DNA from: Heteronotia binoei
Lineage: Eukaryota
Assembly (NCBI RefSeq): GCF_032191835.1
Contig: NC_083241.1
Location: 34,100,001 to 34,164,000, forward strand
Direction of reading: 5' to 3'
Length of the DNA stretch: 64,000 bases
Notes under the pieces: generated by a model
The model's database searches: none
What the model saw: only the letters and a program-made list of their open reading frames with translations
Told to the model about the DNA's origin: nothing
In this document: positions 46,495 to 57,965 of the stretch, in pieces
Layout of the letters: every line of letters begins with the position of its first letter
Numbering within the stretch: the first letter of the stretch is position 1
Program-made: the position numbers and the translations under genes

Positions 46495-47140
46495 GAATTT
46501 GTTAATTTTACTGTTCTGCTATTGGATTTTAACTTTGTACCACTTTGCATCCTAAACCTCACCAACTATATGCAGCTCTGCTTACTGTGCCTTATTCCTC
46601 GTCTGAAGAAGTCTGCATGCACACGAAAGCTTACGTTCTGAATAAAAGTTTGTCGGTCTTAAAGGCGCTACTGGGCTCCTGCTTTGTTCTACTGCTTCAG
46701 ACTGACACGGCTGCCCACCGGGATCTTTTTAAAATCAGTCTCTACACGCGACTATTTTATTATATTTCTAGAGTTTGCTCCCCACGTTATTTGGGCCTCT
46801 TTTTCACACAAGATTCTATGGCTCAGTCTTTTTCTAACCCAATAAGTCCTTTAGATTGCAGAGCCTTTATGCTAGCCAGACGTAACCTTTTCCCTTCAGC
46901 TGTCTTGAAAGACAGATAAGGCTAATCCTTATAAGGAATTTTGCCATTGCATTCTAACTTTATACTACTTTGCATTAACCGCTGCCCACCACTATATGTA
47001 GCTCTGCTCACTGTACCCCATTCCATTGTCTGAACACGAAAGCTTACATTCTGAATAAAACTTTGTTGGTCTTAAAGGCGCTACTGGACTCCTACTTTAG
47101 TTCTATTGCTCCAGATCAACACGGTCGCCCACCTGGATCT
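46495..47140 (+). mobile_element. Two direct copies of a PLE end (46495-46736, 46940-47140) with hammerhead motifs
   Basis: Shared ...CTGAA...CACGAAAGCTTAC.TTCTGAATAAAA...GGTCTTAAAGGCGCTACTGG...GGATCT. Confidence 0.7.
46600..46635 (+). ncRNA. Minimal hammerhead ribozyme motif (near-intact)
   Basis: CGT CTGAAGA A GTCTGCATGCACAC GAAA GCT T ACG. Stem I CGT/ACG, stem II with one C-C mismatch, AGCU palindrome, CUU triplet. Confidence 0.55.
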
Positions 47141-47939
47141 ATTCTTCTCTGCGCTGCTGCTAGATTCGCCCACGTCTCCCTTCTGTAAAACCTATGACCA
47201 ATAATGATTGAGCCTTTCTGTTATCTGTCAAATCCCTCGAAATCACTGCATCTGTGGCTGAGTTTCTGCCACGTTTATGGAAGTTAAGGACTAGAGAATA
47301 TGATACATAGATCCAAAAGTGGAATTCTAGCAGGAGCTCCTTTGCATATTAGGCCACACCCCGCGGATGTAGCCAATCCTCTAAGAGCTTACAAGGCTCT
47401 TTTTTGTAAGCTCTTGGAGGATTGGCTACATCAGTGGGGTGTGGCCTAATATGCAAAGGCGCTCCTGCTAGAATTCCACCCCTGTATAGATCTATTCTGT
47501 CTGCCTGTTTTGCCTTTTTAATTTCAGTGGGTTCTGGTTCTGGCAACCAATACTCCCTCTAAGTTTTGAAGTCTTGTGAGCAAAAATTCTACTAAGTTAG
47601 CTACTGGCATTAAAGTTGTGAGCTCCTGCATAAATTAGTTTGCTCTGGGGCCATCCTTCCTAAAACAAAAATGTGTGAGCCAGAGGCTAAAAAACTGTGA
47701 ACCAGCTCACACCAACTCAGCTTAGAAGGAACACTGGTGGCAACCTTCTTTCATATTTTTAGGCATCTAGTTTTTGTACTGTTTACTCCTGTTTTATTGT
47801 ATTATCATGCCATCAAAGGTTTGTTTGATTGTATTGTCCAATTTTGGAATAAAAGATTGCTAGAGAAAATACTAAAATGTGCCGTGTGTATCACAATGCA
47901 GAGGGCTCTTCTGATGTTCCTATGTTCTTCCCTACCATC

Positions 47940-48222
47940 AGAGATCCAGTTTGGTGTACTGGTGAAGTGTGCGGGACGCTTATCTGGGAGAACTGGGTTT
48001 GATTCCCCACTCCTCCACTTGCAGCTGCTGGAATGGCCTTGGGTCAGCCGTAGCTCTCGCAGGAGTTGTCCTTGAAATGGCAGCTGCTGCAAGAGCTCTC
48101 TCAGTCCCACCCAGCTCACAGGGTGTCTGTTGTGGGTGGGGGGTGGAAGGTTAAGGAGATTGTGACTGCTCTGAGATTCAGAGTATAGGGCGGGATATAA
48201 ATCCAGTATCATCTTCTTCTTC
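47940..48222 (+). mobile_element. Squam3-like SINE
   Basis: Full-length copy. Confidence 0.85.
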
Positions 48223-48369
48223 CTTTAAGTGGAACTGCATCCAGGACCTTCTGCAAGCTAAACAGGATTCCCCCCACCAGCCCCTTCCCCAGTGTCTGGA
48301 TGCAGGAGAGGTCCAAGAAGGGGAAGACTGACAGGGGGGCAGCCCCTAGGGAATAGGACGAACACTTAC

Positions 48370-48497
48370 TTCCGCGTAGGGCTTCTCCAACTCAATCCGC
48401 ATAATGGGTTCGCTGCTGGCCAAGAGTCGTGCCACTTCGCTGTCCCGGCCAGACTTGCCCCAGGCGTAGTTCTGGATCACGCAGGCCAGGGGAAAGA
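48370..48497 (-). CDS. MPI: MPI exon 2
   Basis: CTTCAG| (V)[42 protein letters not shown] |GTAAGT; 128 nt. Confidence 0.97.
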
Positions 48498-49475
48498 CTG
48501 AAGTAGCAAGGAAGAAGAGGGGGGGGAAAGCCTTTATGGAAGGACACCCCCGGAGCGAGCTAGCCCTGGCCTCAAGCATCAGCCTGACACGCTTCACAAT
48601 CTGCAGTGCGTTTGAGTCTCCTGAATGATAACCAGTGTTTCCGTTCTCTTTGCAAACCCCATTGCTGCCTCTTCGTTTGGCAACCCAGGGCACGATCCAA
48701 AAGCCCTGCCGAAGTGAAGCTGGGCAGTCTCTGACCAGGCCCTGGGTGAGGAGCAAAAATTTTGTACTGAATGCACTCAATAAATTTAGCAAAAATATAA
48801 AGTGTGCTGTGTCTTGTTATTCATGCCCTTGGCAATTTGCCGATGGAACCTTTGTTCTGGAACTTCAGAACGCTCAGAAGGCAGTCCACCTAGTTTGGAC
48901 TTGCAAGGACTCCGATTTGTAATTCCTCAATTGTGTTTACTATCTGTGTTTGTCGAAGGACACGCTATTACGAAGAAGCTGATAATACCACGTCTTGTAT
49001 ATTGCATAGTACTATGATTTTGAACGGTTTGAATACGTAACCATTCTTTTTGTTGGTAACAGGAGCTTCATTTTGTTGGTTTAATCTTTAAAAAGTTTTT
49101 TTGGAATAAGAAGGCACAACACACTTTGTAATTTTGTTAATTGTGTACTCAGTCCAGAATCATTTGCAAATAAAACATATCCCAGGCAATCCCCAAAGTA
49201 TGGATATTTTTAGCATCAAAGAGAAAACTTTTGACAGAAGGCACGGGGTGGGGTGGGGGGACAGAATTTAGCAGTTGAACCCTCCAGAGAAGCTCTTGAT
49301 TTCAAAGCAAAAATTTCCCCAGGGGTTATTTTTCTTTGTGTTTTTATGTTGTTTTGTCCTCATCATGATCTGCTTTGTGTTGCAGTGACCGGGGAGAAAG
49401 GCTGGATACATATTGCCAAGATTTCCTTCCCAAGTGAAAACGGCTTGCTCAAAAAGGATCCCCTGTGAAGATCTA

Positions 49476-49946
49476 GCCCAGTCTCATTAGATCCCAGAAG
49501 CTAAGCAGGGTCAGCCCTGGCATTTAGATGGGAGACCTCCAAAAGAATACCAGGGTTGTGATGAAGAGGCAGGCAACTGCAAACCACCTCTGAACGCCTC
49601 TTGCCTTGAAAACCCTACAGCAGGGGTGGGCAAACTTGCTTAACGTAAGAGCCGCACAGAATAAATGCCAGATGTTTGAGAGCTGCAAAAGAAGGAAGGA
49701 AGGAAAATAGATGGGGGATGGAGAGGTGGAAAGAAAGCAACTTTAATTAAATGCCTTCTCCAAGCTGCCAGCTGGCTTGGCGAAGCGATTTAAAGAGACC
49801 AAGGCCTTCTCCAAGCTAGCCGATGGGGTGAACTTTGTGAGCTACACACTATGTGTGAAAGAGCCACATGTGGCTCCTGAGCTGTAGTTTGGCTACCGCT
49901 GCCCCACAGGGTGACCATAACTCAGCTGTGACTTGATGGCTCTTTT
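49476..49946 (+). mobile_element. 5S-derived SINE with a nested hAT MITE (49621-49901)
   Basis: 5S A and C boxes plus RTE tail, split by the MITE; TSD CCCTACAG/CCCCACAG. Confidence 0.8.
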
Positions 49947-50679
49947 CACCACCACGCTGAGATCCTCAGATTCTGAAGGCCGGGCTTGGACGAGCAATTT
50001 GAAAATAATGAACAATTTTACATTCTATAAGGCAGTATATATACATACACATATATACATACATATATTCAGGGGTGCATAAGGCTTTCATGCCCACATC
50101 CCATCCTAAAAAAGAATCCAATGGTACCTTAAGGGTGACCCTTATGTCGACCAGGGAACAGTGTATCAAACAGAAGGCAAAAACAAGCCAAAGGGGGTTT
50201 TTATCCCTGGATCAGTGAACTGTACAATGAGACCCCTCAAGCCGTTGTTCATATTCTAGCGGGAGGTGGGGGAGAACGATGAGAGATTATTTTAGCGAGG
50301 CTCCCGCAGGCTGAAGGCACTTTGGCCCCTATAAATAGCCACAGCACTTTGAAAAGCTATCGTCACGTGCCTGAGACGGGCTGTGTGTCTAACTTGAGAC
50401 CGTCAAGAAGAGTTTGAGCAGGCCGCTGTACCCTGGGAGGCATCATCCAGACCCTGCTGGCATTACAAATAACCTTTCCGCATCTCTTGGCTTTGGTTAA
50501 CGCACTGTCCACAGCAGTTCCGAGTTCTGCAATTGGCACTGGCTGCATCTATAAATATGCATTTGTGCCACTTTGCATCGGTTATCGAGAGGGCAATTCT
50601 CCACCCGTCTAGCCACCTCCTGCTGCAGCTCAGTTTGGGTCTAAGGTCACAGTAAATTCTGACACATTCAGTCTCTCAT

Positions 50680-51310
50680 AAGAACATCAGAACAAATACT
50701 GCTGGATGAAGCCAGTGTTCCATCCAGTCCAGCCTCCTGTCTCACACAGGGGCCAACCAGCTCTTCTGTAGGGCTAAAAACAGGGCATAGAGACTGAGGT
50801 CTTCATAAGCATATAAGAAGAGCCCTGCTGGATCAGACCAGTGGTCCTTCTAGTCCAGCCTCCTGTCTCACACAGTGGCCCCAACCAGTTCCTCTGGAGG
50901 GCCAACAGCAGGGCATAGAGGCTGAGGCCTTCATAAGAACTTCAGAAGAGCCCTGCTGGATCAAACCAGTGTCCGTCTAGTCCAGCCTCCTGTCTCACAC
51001 AGTGGTCAACCAGTTCCTCTGAAGGGCTAACAAAAGGGCATGGAGGCTGAGGCTTTCCCTTGACATGAACATCAGAAGAGCCCTGCTGGATCAGACCAGT
51101 GTTCCATCCAGACCAGCCTCCTGTCTCAAACAGTGGCCAACCAGCTCCTCTGGAGGGCGAGCAGCAGGGCAGAGAGACTGGGGCTATCGCAGGAGCCTTG
51201 CTGGATCAGACCAGTGAGGGCCCATCTAGTCCAGCATCCTGTCTCACACAGTGGCCAACAGGTTCCTCTGAAGGGCCAGCAACAGGGCACAGAGGTCGTG
51301 GCCTTCCTGA
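50680..51310 (-). repeat. Second tandem array of about five CR1 3'-end units
   Basis: Same unit as 30811-31640, followed by the same CCTGATGTTGCCTCC upstream UTR. Confidence 0.85.
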
Positions 51311-52362
51311 TGTTGCCTCCTGACTCCAGGATTCAGAGGTTGCCTGCCTACCTGCTTTTGAACACAGAGGCTCTCTTTAGAGGTTGACTACCTCTGAACA
51401 TGGAGGTTCTGTCTAGTAGCCACTAGCAGATTTCCCCTCCATGAACCTGTCTAATCCCCTTTCAAAGTCCTCTACGCCTCCGGCCATCCCTACAGTCCTC
51501 CCACAATTGAATTGCTCTCTGCCTCAAGAAGGGTTTCCCTTTTTGCCCCTCCTGAACCGACTTGCCATCTGCTTCAGCTTTTAAAATAAGGCCCATCTCG
51601 CTTCAAGCCGTCCTTGTTGTTGCAGACCTAACCCAGTGCCGTTTCCAGCAGGGGTCGGCTGCGTGCCTCCAGGACAGTGGCGGACTGGCCAGGGCGTCAG
51701 CTTGCCCAATGGCAAATGGACCCCCTTAAACATTAGGCAATATGTTCAAAATGTTAATGACCTTTTAGTAGCTTGAAAATATAACAGAAGTTCTAGTGTT
51801 ATTACTGTAATGCAACTAACATTTACATTGTATTTCAGGTTGCCAGCCTCCAGGTGGGGCCTGGGGATCTCCCACTTTTACAACTGATCTCCAGGTGGCA
51901 GAGATGGACTCCCCTGGAAAAAATGCAATCTGACTTTGCATTTAGTATCTACCGTATACTGCCAGGGATAAGTAAAATGTATGCACACTGTAATTGCTAA
52001 GATGCATATATTTATTTTGCAAAAGTTTCAGTTGTACCTTTTCCCCACTTATGTGTTTTTTTGAACATTTTATTTATTTCGTACAAAAATTAAATGATAG
52101 CCTTAGAGTTGTGGGCGGGCCCCCTATGTCTCTCCTGGCAACCAATATTTTTAGACCCAGTGCGCCACTGCTCCAGGAAGTAGCCAGCCAGAGAAAGAAA
52201 AGGCATCTCCATCTCCTGGTGCATTGCTCCCAAAGCTATGGGGCTGAAGCCCTCCAAGGCATGGCGGCCCCGGAGGATCGTGCCTCCGCCCTGGACTTAC
52301 TCCCGAGGAGACCCGGGCCCGCCCCCTTTTTCCCACGCAGCGCAGGGCTTTGAATCACTCAC

Positions 52363-52378
52363 CTCTCACCTCTGCCAT
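52363..52378 (-). CDS. MPI: MPI (mannose-6-phosphate isomerase) exon 1, MAEVR; full join 16+128+201+142+183+165+209+219 = 1263 nt, 420 aa
   Basis: GGAGCGATGG Kozak, ATGGCAGAGGTGAGAG|GTGAGT. Phase 1 completes G|TC (Val) with exon 2, and all phases are consistent. Confidence 0.9.
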
Positions 52379-53754
52379 CGCTCCGAAGCTGCCCGGCCTC
52401 ATTTCCCAGCCGGCCAAAGGAGGCGAGAAGCGCCGCCTCTTCCAGGAGTCGGGGGGCCGTGCACGCCGGGAAAGGTAGTTTCCCCGCTTCGGATTCTCAA
52501 CCCGTGGCAGGAGGCTGCAAAATGTTGGATTGTGCAAAAGGGAGTTAGATCCAGAGCAGTTCTCGAGCCCCAGAGCCGTATTCAGGCGCCGGTCCTTTGG
52601 GTTTGCGGAGCAGGGCTGTTGGGGCGGGGGCAGGCAGGGATTCAACCGGCGCAGCAGGTGGGTGGAAGGGGCGAGGCTGCACCTGTGGAATGTGGGCGGA
52701 TGCTTTTGCACCAGAAAGCCTTGAAGGCAGGAAAGGAAAGGTCCCCTGTGCAAGCACCAGTCATTCCGACTCTGGGGTTTGCCATTGCCTTCCCCAGTCA
52801 TCTACACTTTCTCCCCAGCAAGCTGGGTACTCATTTGACCGACCTCGGAAGGATGGAAGGCTGAGTCAACCTCGAGCTGGCTACCTGAAAACCCAGCTTC
52901 CGCCGGGGATCGAACTCAGGTCGTGAGCAGAGTTTAGGACTGCAATACTGCAGCTCTAACACTGCGCCACGGGGCTCTTCTCGGAGGTAGACCGGGATAC
53001 AAAAAGGGGAGGCGAGCGCCCCTTTGAAACGGCAGCCTTTTTTGGCATCGGGTTTCCCCAAAAGCGTTTGCAAAAAAGATTCTAGTGAAGTTTAATCCAA
53101 ATCTGCAACGCTGTTGTTTGGCATCGGGACAGATGATTAGGAATTAGTATTGTTTAAGAAGCAACATTTCGTAAGCTTGCATAGACGCCCAGCAGAGTAA
53201 GTTATTAACCTGCATTATTGATTCTGTTCATTTTCTAAAAAAAATGGTTTTTAAACAGTTAAAATGGACAATTATTAAACAAGTATTAAATAATTAACCG
53301 GAATTAATAATTATTAAGTAATTAACCGGAAGCAGCAATTAAAAAGCCAATTAACCACTAATACAATTCATGAATTCACCTCTGCTAACTGCAAGCGGGT
53401 AGAATGAATACACTGTAGCCGAGCCAGTCCTTAGTGCGCATGCTCAGAAAGCATCGGTCCCTGTCGAGCGCCCTGCCAGGGCCGAAAGAACCGAGCCAGA
53501 AAGGCTTTTCCCTGTTGCGCATGCGCCCTCCGTATCGCTCCTTTTCCCCTCCCCTGCTCGCTGAAGTCACAAGCTCTGCTTTATCACGTGGCACCGAACG
53601 CTCGGCAGCTGGCGGAGCAACGCGCATGCGCATCGGAGGCGGAGCCGTCCTGCCGGAAGTGGCTCTCTTGTCTGGTTTCTAGGGAGCAGGAAGCGGACCG
53701 GATTGAGAGCAGGTGCGGTGGCAGGAGGTGGCCTGACCGAGCCCGGAACCGGCC
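52379..53754. promoter_or_regulatory. MPI/SCAMP2 divergent CpG-island promoter
   Basis: NRF1-type TGCGCATGCGC 53516-53526 and GCGCATGCGCA 53622-53632, E-box CACGTG 53585, ETS/GABPA CCGGAAGT 53653. Confidence 0.75.
52762..52979 (-). mobile_element. tRNA-derived SINE (central GGTTGACTCAGCC domain, RTE tail) inside the divergent promoter
   Basis: Reverse complement matches 18471-18778. Confidence 0.85.
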
Positions 53755-53811
53755 ATGTCGGCCTTCGACACGAACCCTTTCGCGGACCCGGTGGACGTGA
53801 ATCCCTTCCAG
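53755..53811 (+). CDS. SCAMP2: SCAMP2 exon 1 (MSAFDTNPFADPVDVNPFQ); remaining exons not found in the window
   Basis: Matches the recalled human SCAMP2 N-terminus (NPF motifs). Donor CAG|GTGAGG. Head-to-head with MPI as in human. Confidence 0.95.
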
Positions 53812-54698
53812 GTGAGGGGGCTGCAGCGAAACGGTCGTCCTTTCCCCGGTCTACTACGCTTGGGGTTGGGAAGGGGGGATTGTTTAGAGTTGAGAGGGGG
53901 CTGCGCGCGCAGCCTCCCCCTGTGGTTGGGAGGGGCGAAGCCACGCCCTAAATAAGGGGAGGAGACTGAAGACTCCTTGCCACGCTCCCTGATTGACTGT
54001 GGCGCTTGAAGGGGGTTGGGAAGAAGGATAAAGGTGCCTTCTGTCAACCATAGGTAGATAAGAAGGGCTGATTTGCTATATAAAAGTCTAGCTCTGGAGC
54101 AGTTGGTGAGTCTAAGCTGAGTTGGTGTGAGCTAGCTCACAGTTTTTAAGCCTCTGCTTTTGTCATAGCTCAGAGAAAATGGACCCAGAGCAAACTAATT
54201 TATGCAGGAGCTCACAACTTTCATGTCAGCAGCTCACAAAGTAGAATTTTTGCACACAAGATTCCACAGCTTAGAGGGAGTATTGCACCTGGAGGTGACT
54301 GATTCGGGATAAAGGTTTATCTTGAACTGATCCTTTCATTGCCTTAAACAAGATGCATATTGGCATGCCTGACCCTGGACCCCACCTTTACAGCCCTGCT
54401 TCCCAGGAATCTTAGTTAAGACCTAGATGTCATCATATCTTGTGATCTGCTTGGTGATTGATTGCAAAGGTTGTTTCTCATGCTTGTAATCTGCCTACGG
54501 TCCAGGTGAGAAATGCAGGCTGCAAGTGATGATACAGCTCTAGTATCTTGTGCGTGAGGAGGAAGCAAATAGAAGAGAAGGTTTGTGCTAGGCGCAGAGT
54601 TTCTCTTTCCTTATGGGAAATCCAGCAGGTAGTTTTCTACCCTCGCTTTACCCTGTGTGGCAACCTGCACTTTGTAATCTTAGGTGGGTCTGAAGCAA

Positions 54699-54862
54699 CA
54701 GAACAAAGTTTGAGTCCAGGGTCACCTTTAAGACCAACACACTTTTATCCAAGGTATGAGCTTTTGTGTGTGTGTCTGAAGAAGTGAGTGCATATGAAAG
54801 CTCATACCTAGAATTAAACTTTGTGGGCCTTAAAGGTGCCACTGGACTCAAACTTTCTTCTG
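54699..54862. mobile_element. PLE-derived inverted repeat with a decayed hammerhead (54772-54807, +)
   Basis: Arms 54699-54765 and 54796-54862 are inverted. Core GTGT CTGAAGA A GTGAGTGCATAT GAAA GCT C ATAC. Confidence 0.65.
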
Positions 54863-56374
54863 TACTTTATAGTTTCAGAGGGTAACCATGATGGTCTGCA
54901 GTAGAACAGCTAAATTTGAGTCTGGTGTCACCATAAAACAAGATTTTGGGATATAAGCTTTAGAGCAGGGGTGTCAAACTCATTTGTTATGAGGGCTGGA
55001 TCTGACATAAATGAGACCTTGTCAGGCCGGGCCATGTGTGTCATAAAATGTAATGCCAGGCAGCGGAGGGCGGGATATAAATCCAATATCATCTTCTTCT
55101 TCTACATCTGGAATGGTGGCGGCGGCAGAGCCTTCAGGGCAGAGGCTGCCGCTTCTAAGAAGTATCATTCCTTACTGCAACTGAACAGCAATGTGAAAAA
55201 AACATGGGAATTCGGCCTTCAGAGAAGAAAGCAACATTCTGCAATTTGCAAGCAGCAAGCTCTTTTGAGCTGCTCTCACGGGTAGGGAACAGTGGCTCTC
55301 TGGATGTTTTTTGCCTACAACTCCCATCAGCCCCAGCCAGCATGGCCAACTTCTGGAGAGCCACTGTTCCCTAGCCCTGTGCTAGAGACTTTCTGTCTTC
55401 TTGCAAAGAGAACGAAGAAAAGTAGCGGGACGACAATCGCTGTAAATGTGCGGGGAGCTGCTCTCTCAAACAGCGTTCTGTCTTCGGCAGCCTCTATGCC
55501 AGGGATAGCCAAACTTGCTTGACATAAGAGCCACATAGAATAAACATCAGATGCTTGAGAGCCGCAAGACATGAACGGCAGATGTTTCAGAGCTGCAAGA
55601 CTGGAAGGAAGGGAGGAAGAGAGGGAGAGGTGGGGGGAGGGAGAGGTGGAAAGAAAGCAACTTTAAATGCATTCTCCAAGCTGCTGGCTGGCTTGGCTTG
55701 GAGAATGCATTTAATGAGACAAATGCCTCCTCCAAGCCGGCCAACAGGGCAGTGGGGGCTTCGAGAGCCACACAATTTGTGTGAAAGAGCCACATGTGGC
55801 TCCCGAGCCACAGTTTGGCCACCCCTGCTCTCTGCAATCACATTCCCGCAAAGCTTCTGCCCTGCTGGCGACATGTGAATCCATTCGGAGAAAGGCACTC
55901 TTTCCAAATAATTCTTGCGGGTACGCACGTGACTTCTGTTTTTGCTACGGTGGGTTCAGAGGAAGTGGCTGAAATTGCCAAAGGGGTGACATCGCTGTGG
56001 CAACTGCACAAAGGCAATGAGCACATCTGATGCAAAACACCTTGCATTTGCCGGTTTCAACAGTTTTAACTCTGATGTGGTGCCTGCATTCTTCGACTAT
56101 CATAACTTCTCTCTGCTGTGACAGTTTGGATACAGTGTTCAGGAGGTGTGGGCATTGTCCTTTCTTGGCAGCTGGGAGGGGAATGAAGCGTTCTGGGATC
56201 TTGCCTGTTCTCGGCGTAAGGCTTTGCCGTTTGAGTCAGCTGCCTTGGCAGCTCCGTGCATCTTTGAAACATGCCATTGTTTACCGAGGGAGTTAGCCGG
56301 CAGCTCCCAAACCAGCCTCATAATCTTGATGGCCTGAGTCAGGCACTGATGGGCGTCTGTCATGGTGCAGTGCA

Positions 56375-57093
56375 GGAGTGGCCAGACAGTGGCTCTTGAA
56401 GCCCCCACAGCCCTGTCAGCCAGCTTGGAGAGGGCATTTCTCTCTCTAAATCACTTCACCAAGCCAGCCGGCGACTTTGAGAATGCATGCAAAGTTAAAG
56501 TTTCCTTCCCTTCCTCCCTCCGGCTCTCAAACATCTAACTTTGAACATATGAAGAACATATGAAGCTGCCTTATACTGAATCAGACCCTCGGTCCATCAA
56601 AGTCGGTCTTGTCTACTCAGACTGGCAGCTGCTCTCCAGGGTCTTTAGCTGAGGGTTTTTTCACGCCTACTTGCCTGGACCCTTTTTAGTTGGAGATGCC
56701 AGGGATTGAACTTGGGACCTTCTGTTTACCAAGCAGATGCTCTACCACTGAGCCACTGTCCCCCCTCCTCCTCCTCCTCCTCTTCTTCTTACATATGAAC
56801 ATATGAAGCTGCCTTCTACTGAATCAGACCCTCAGTCCATCAAAGACAGTCTTGTCTACTCAGACTGGCAGCGGCTCTCCAGGGTCTCAAGCTGAGGTTT
56901 TTTTCACGCCTACTTGTCTGGACCCTTTTTAGTTGGAGATGCCAGGGGATTGAACTTGGGACCTTCTGCTTACCAAGCGGATGCTCTACCACTGAGCCAC
57001 TGTCTCTCCCCTGAACATTCATGTCTTGCAGCTCTCAAACATCTGATGTTTTTTCTATGTGGCTCTTACACTAAGCAAGTTTGGCCAGCCCTG
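56375..57093. mobile_element. hAT MITE split by two tRNA(Ala)-like SINEs (56542-56764, 56790-57010, both -)
   Basis: MITE sequence GGCTCTCAAACATCT resumes after the SINEs. The same MITE family occurs near 13008-13499, 17405, 22719, 23541, 32890, 38478, 49621, 55500, 58965 and 62640. Confidence 0.8.
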
Positions 57094-57513
57094 GTGCAGG
57101 AGCACCACGGAGAACTGCTCTGTGGGGTGCAGCTGTCCGTTCCAATCCTAGTTCCTCATGTAGAACTCAGGTTTAAATCTCTCTTCAGTGTAAACTGATG
57201 GTGTAATTTGTGACCAGGGTTCCCTTTAGTGTGAGCACGTGAGCAGATAGGCACAGATTTTCACTGGTCTGCTCACAGAGATTCAGTCTAAACGCACGGA
57301 TGCTTCCTCTAGGCTAGGTTTACATGATAGTCAAATGTAGGCTTGCTCTCAACTTTAATGCTAGCTGCTCACACGGTAGAATTTTTGCCCACAAGAATCC
57401 CCAGCTTGGAGAGAACATTGAACCAAGGATTTCCAGGCACATGCAAATCCAGAATGCTTTCCTGTTCTAACTCTCTAAAGGAGGTGTTCAGAGATCTTCT
57501 AAAGATGGTGTTA

Positions 57514-57965
57514 AGAACATCAAAAGAGCCCTGCTGGATCAGACCAATAGTCCATCAAGTCCAGCATCCTGTCTCACACGGTGGCCAACCAGTTCCCCTG
57601 AAGTTCCAGCAACAGGACATAGAGGCCAAGACTTTCCCCTGATAAGAACATCAGAAGAGCACTTCTGGATCAGATGAGTGGTCCATCTAGTCGAGCACCC
57701 TGTCTCACACAGCGGCCTACCAGCAACTGGGCAGAGAGGTCGAGGCCTTCACAAGAACCTCAGAAGAGCCCTGCTGGATCATAGCAGTGGTCCGTCTAGT
57801 CCAGCATCCTGTCTCACATGGTGGCCAACCAGTTCCTCTGGAGGGTCAACAACAGGGCATAGGGGCCAAGGCCTTCCCCTGATGTTGCCTCCTGGTTCTA
57901 GGAGTCAGAGGATTAGTGTCTCTCAATGTGGAGGTTCCCCTCAGTCACCATGGCTAGTAGCCATT
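57514..57965 (-). repeat. Third CR1 3'-end array (three units)
   Basis: Units near 57514, 57643 and 57753, then CCTGATGTTGCCTCC. Confidence 0.8.
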
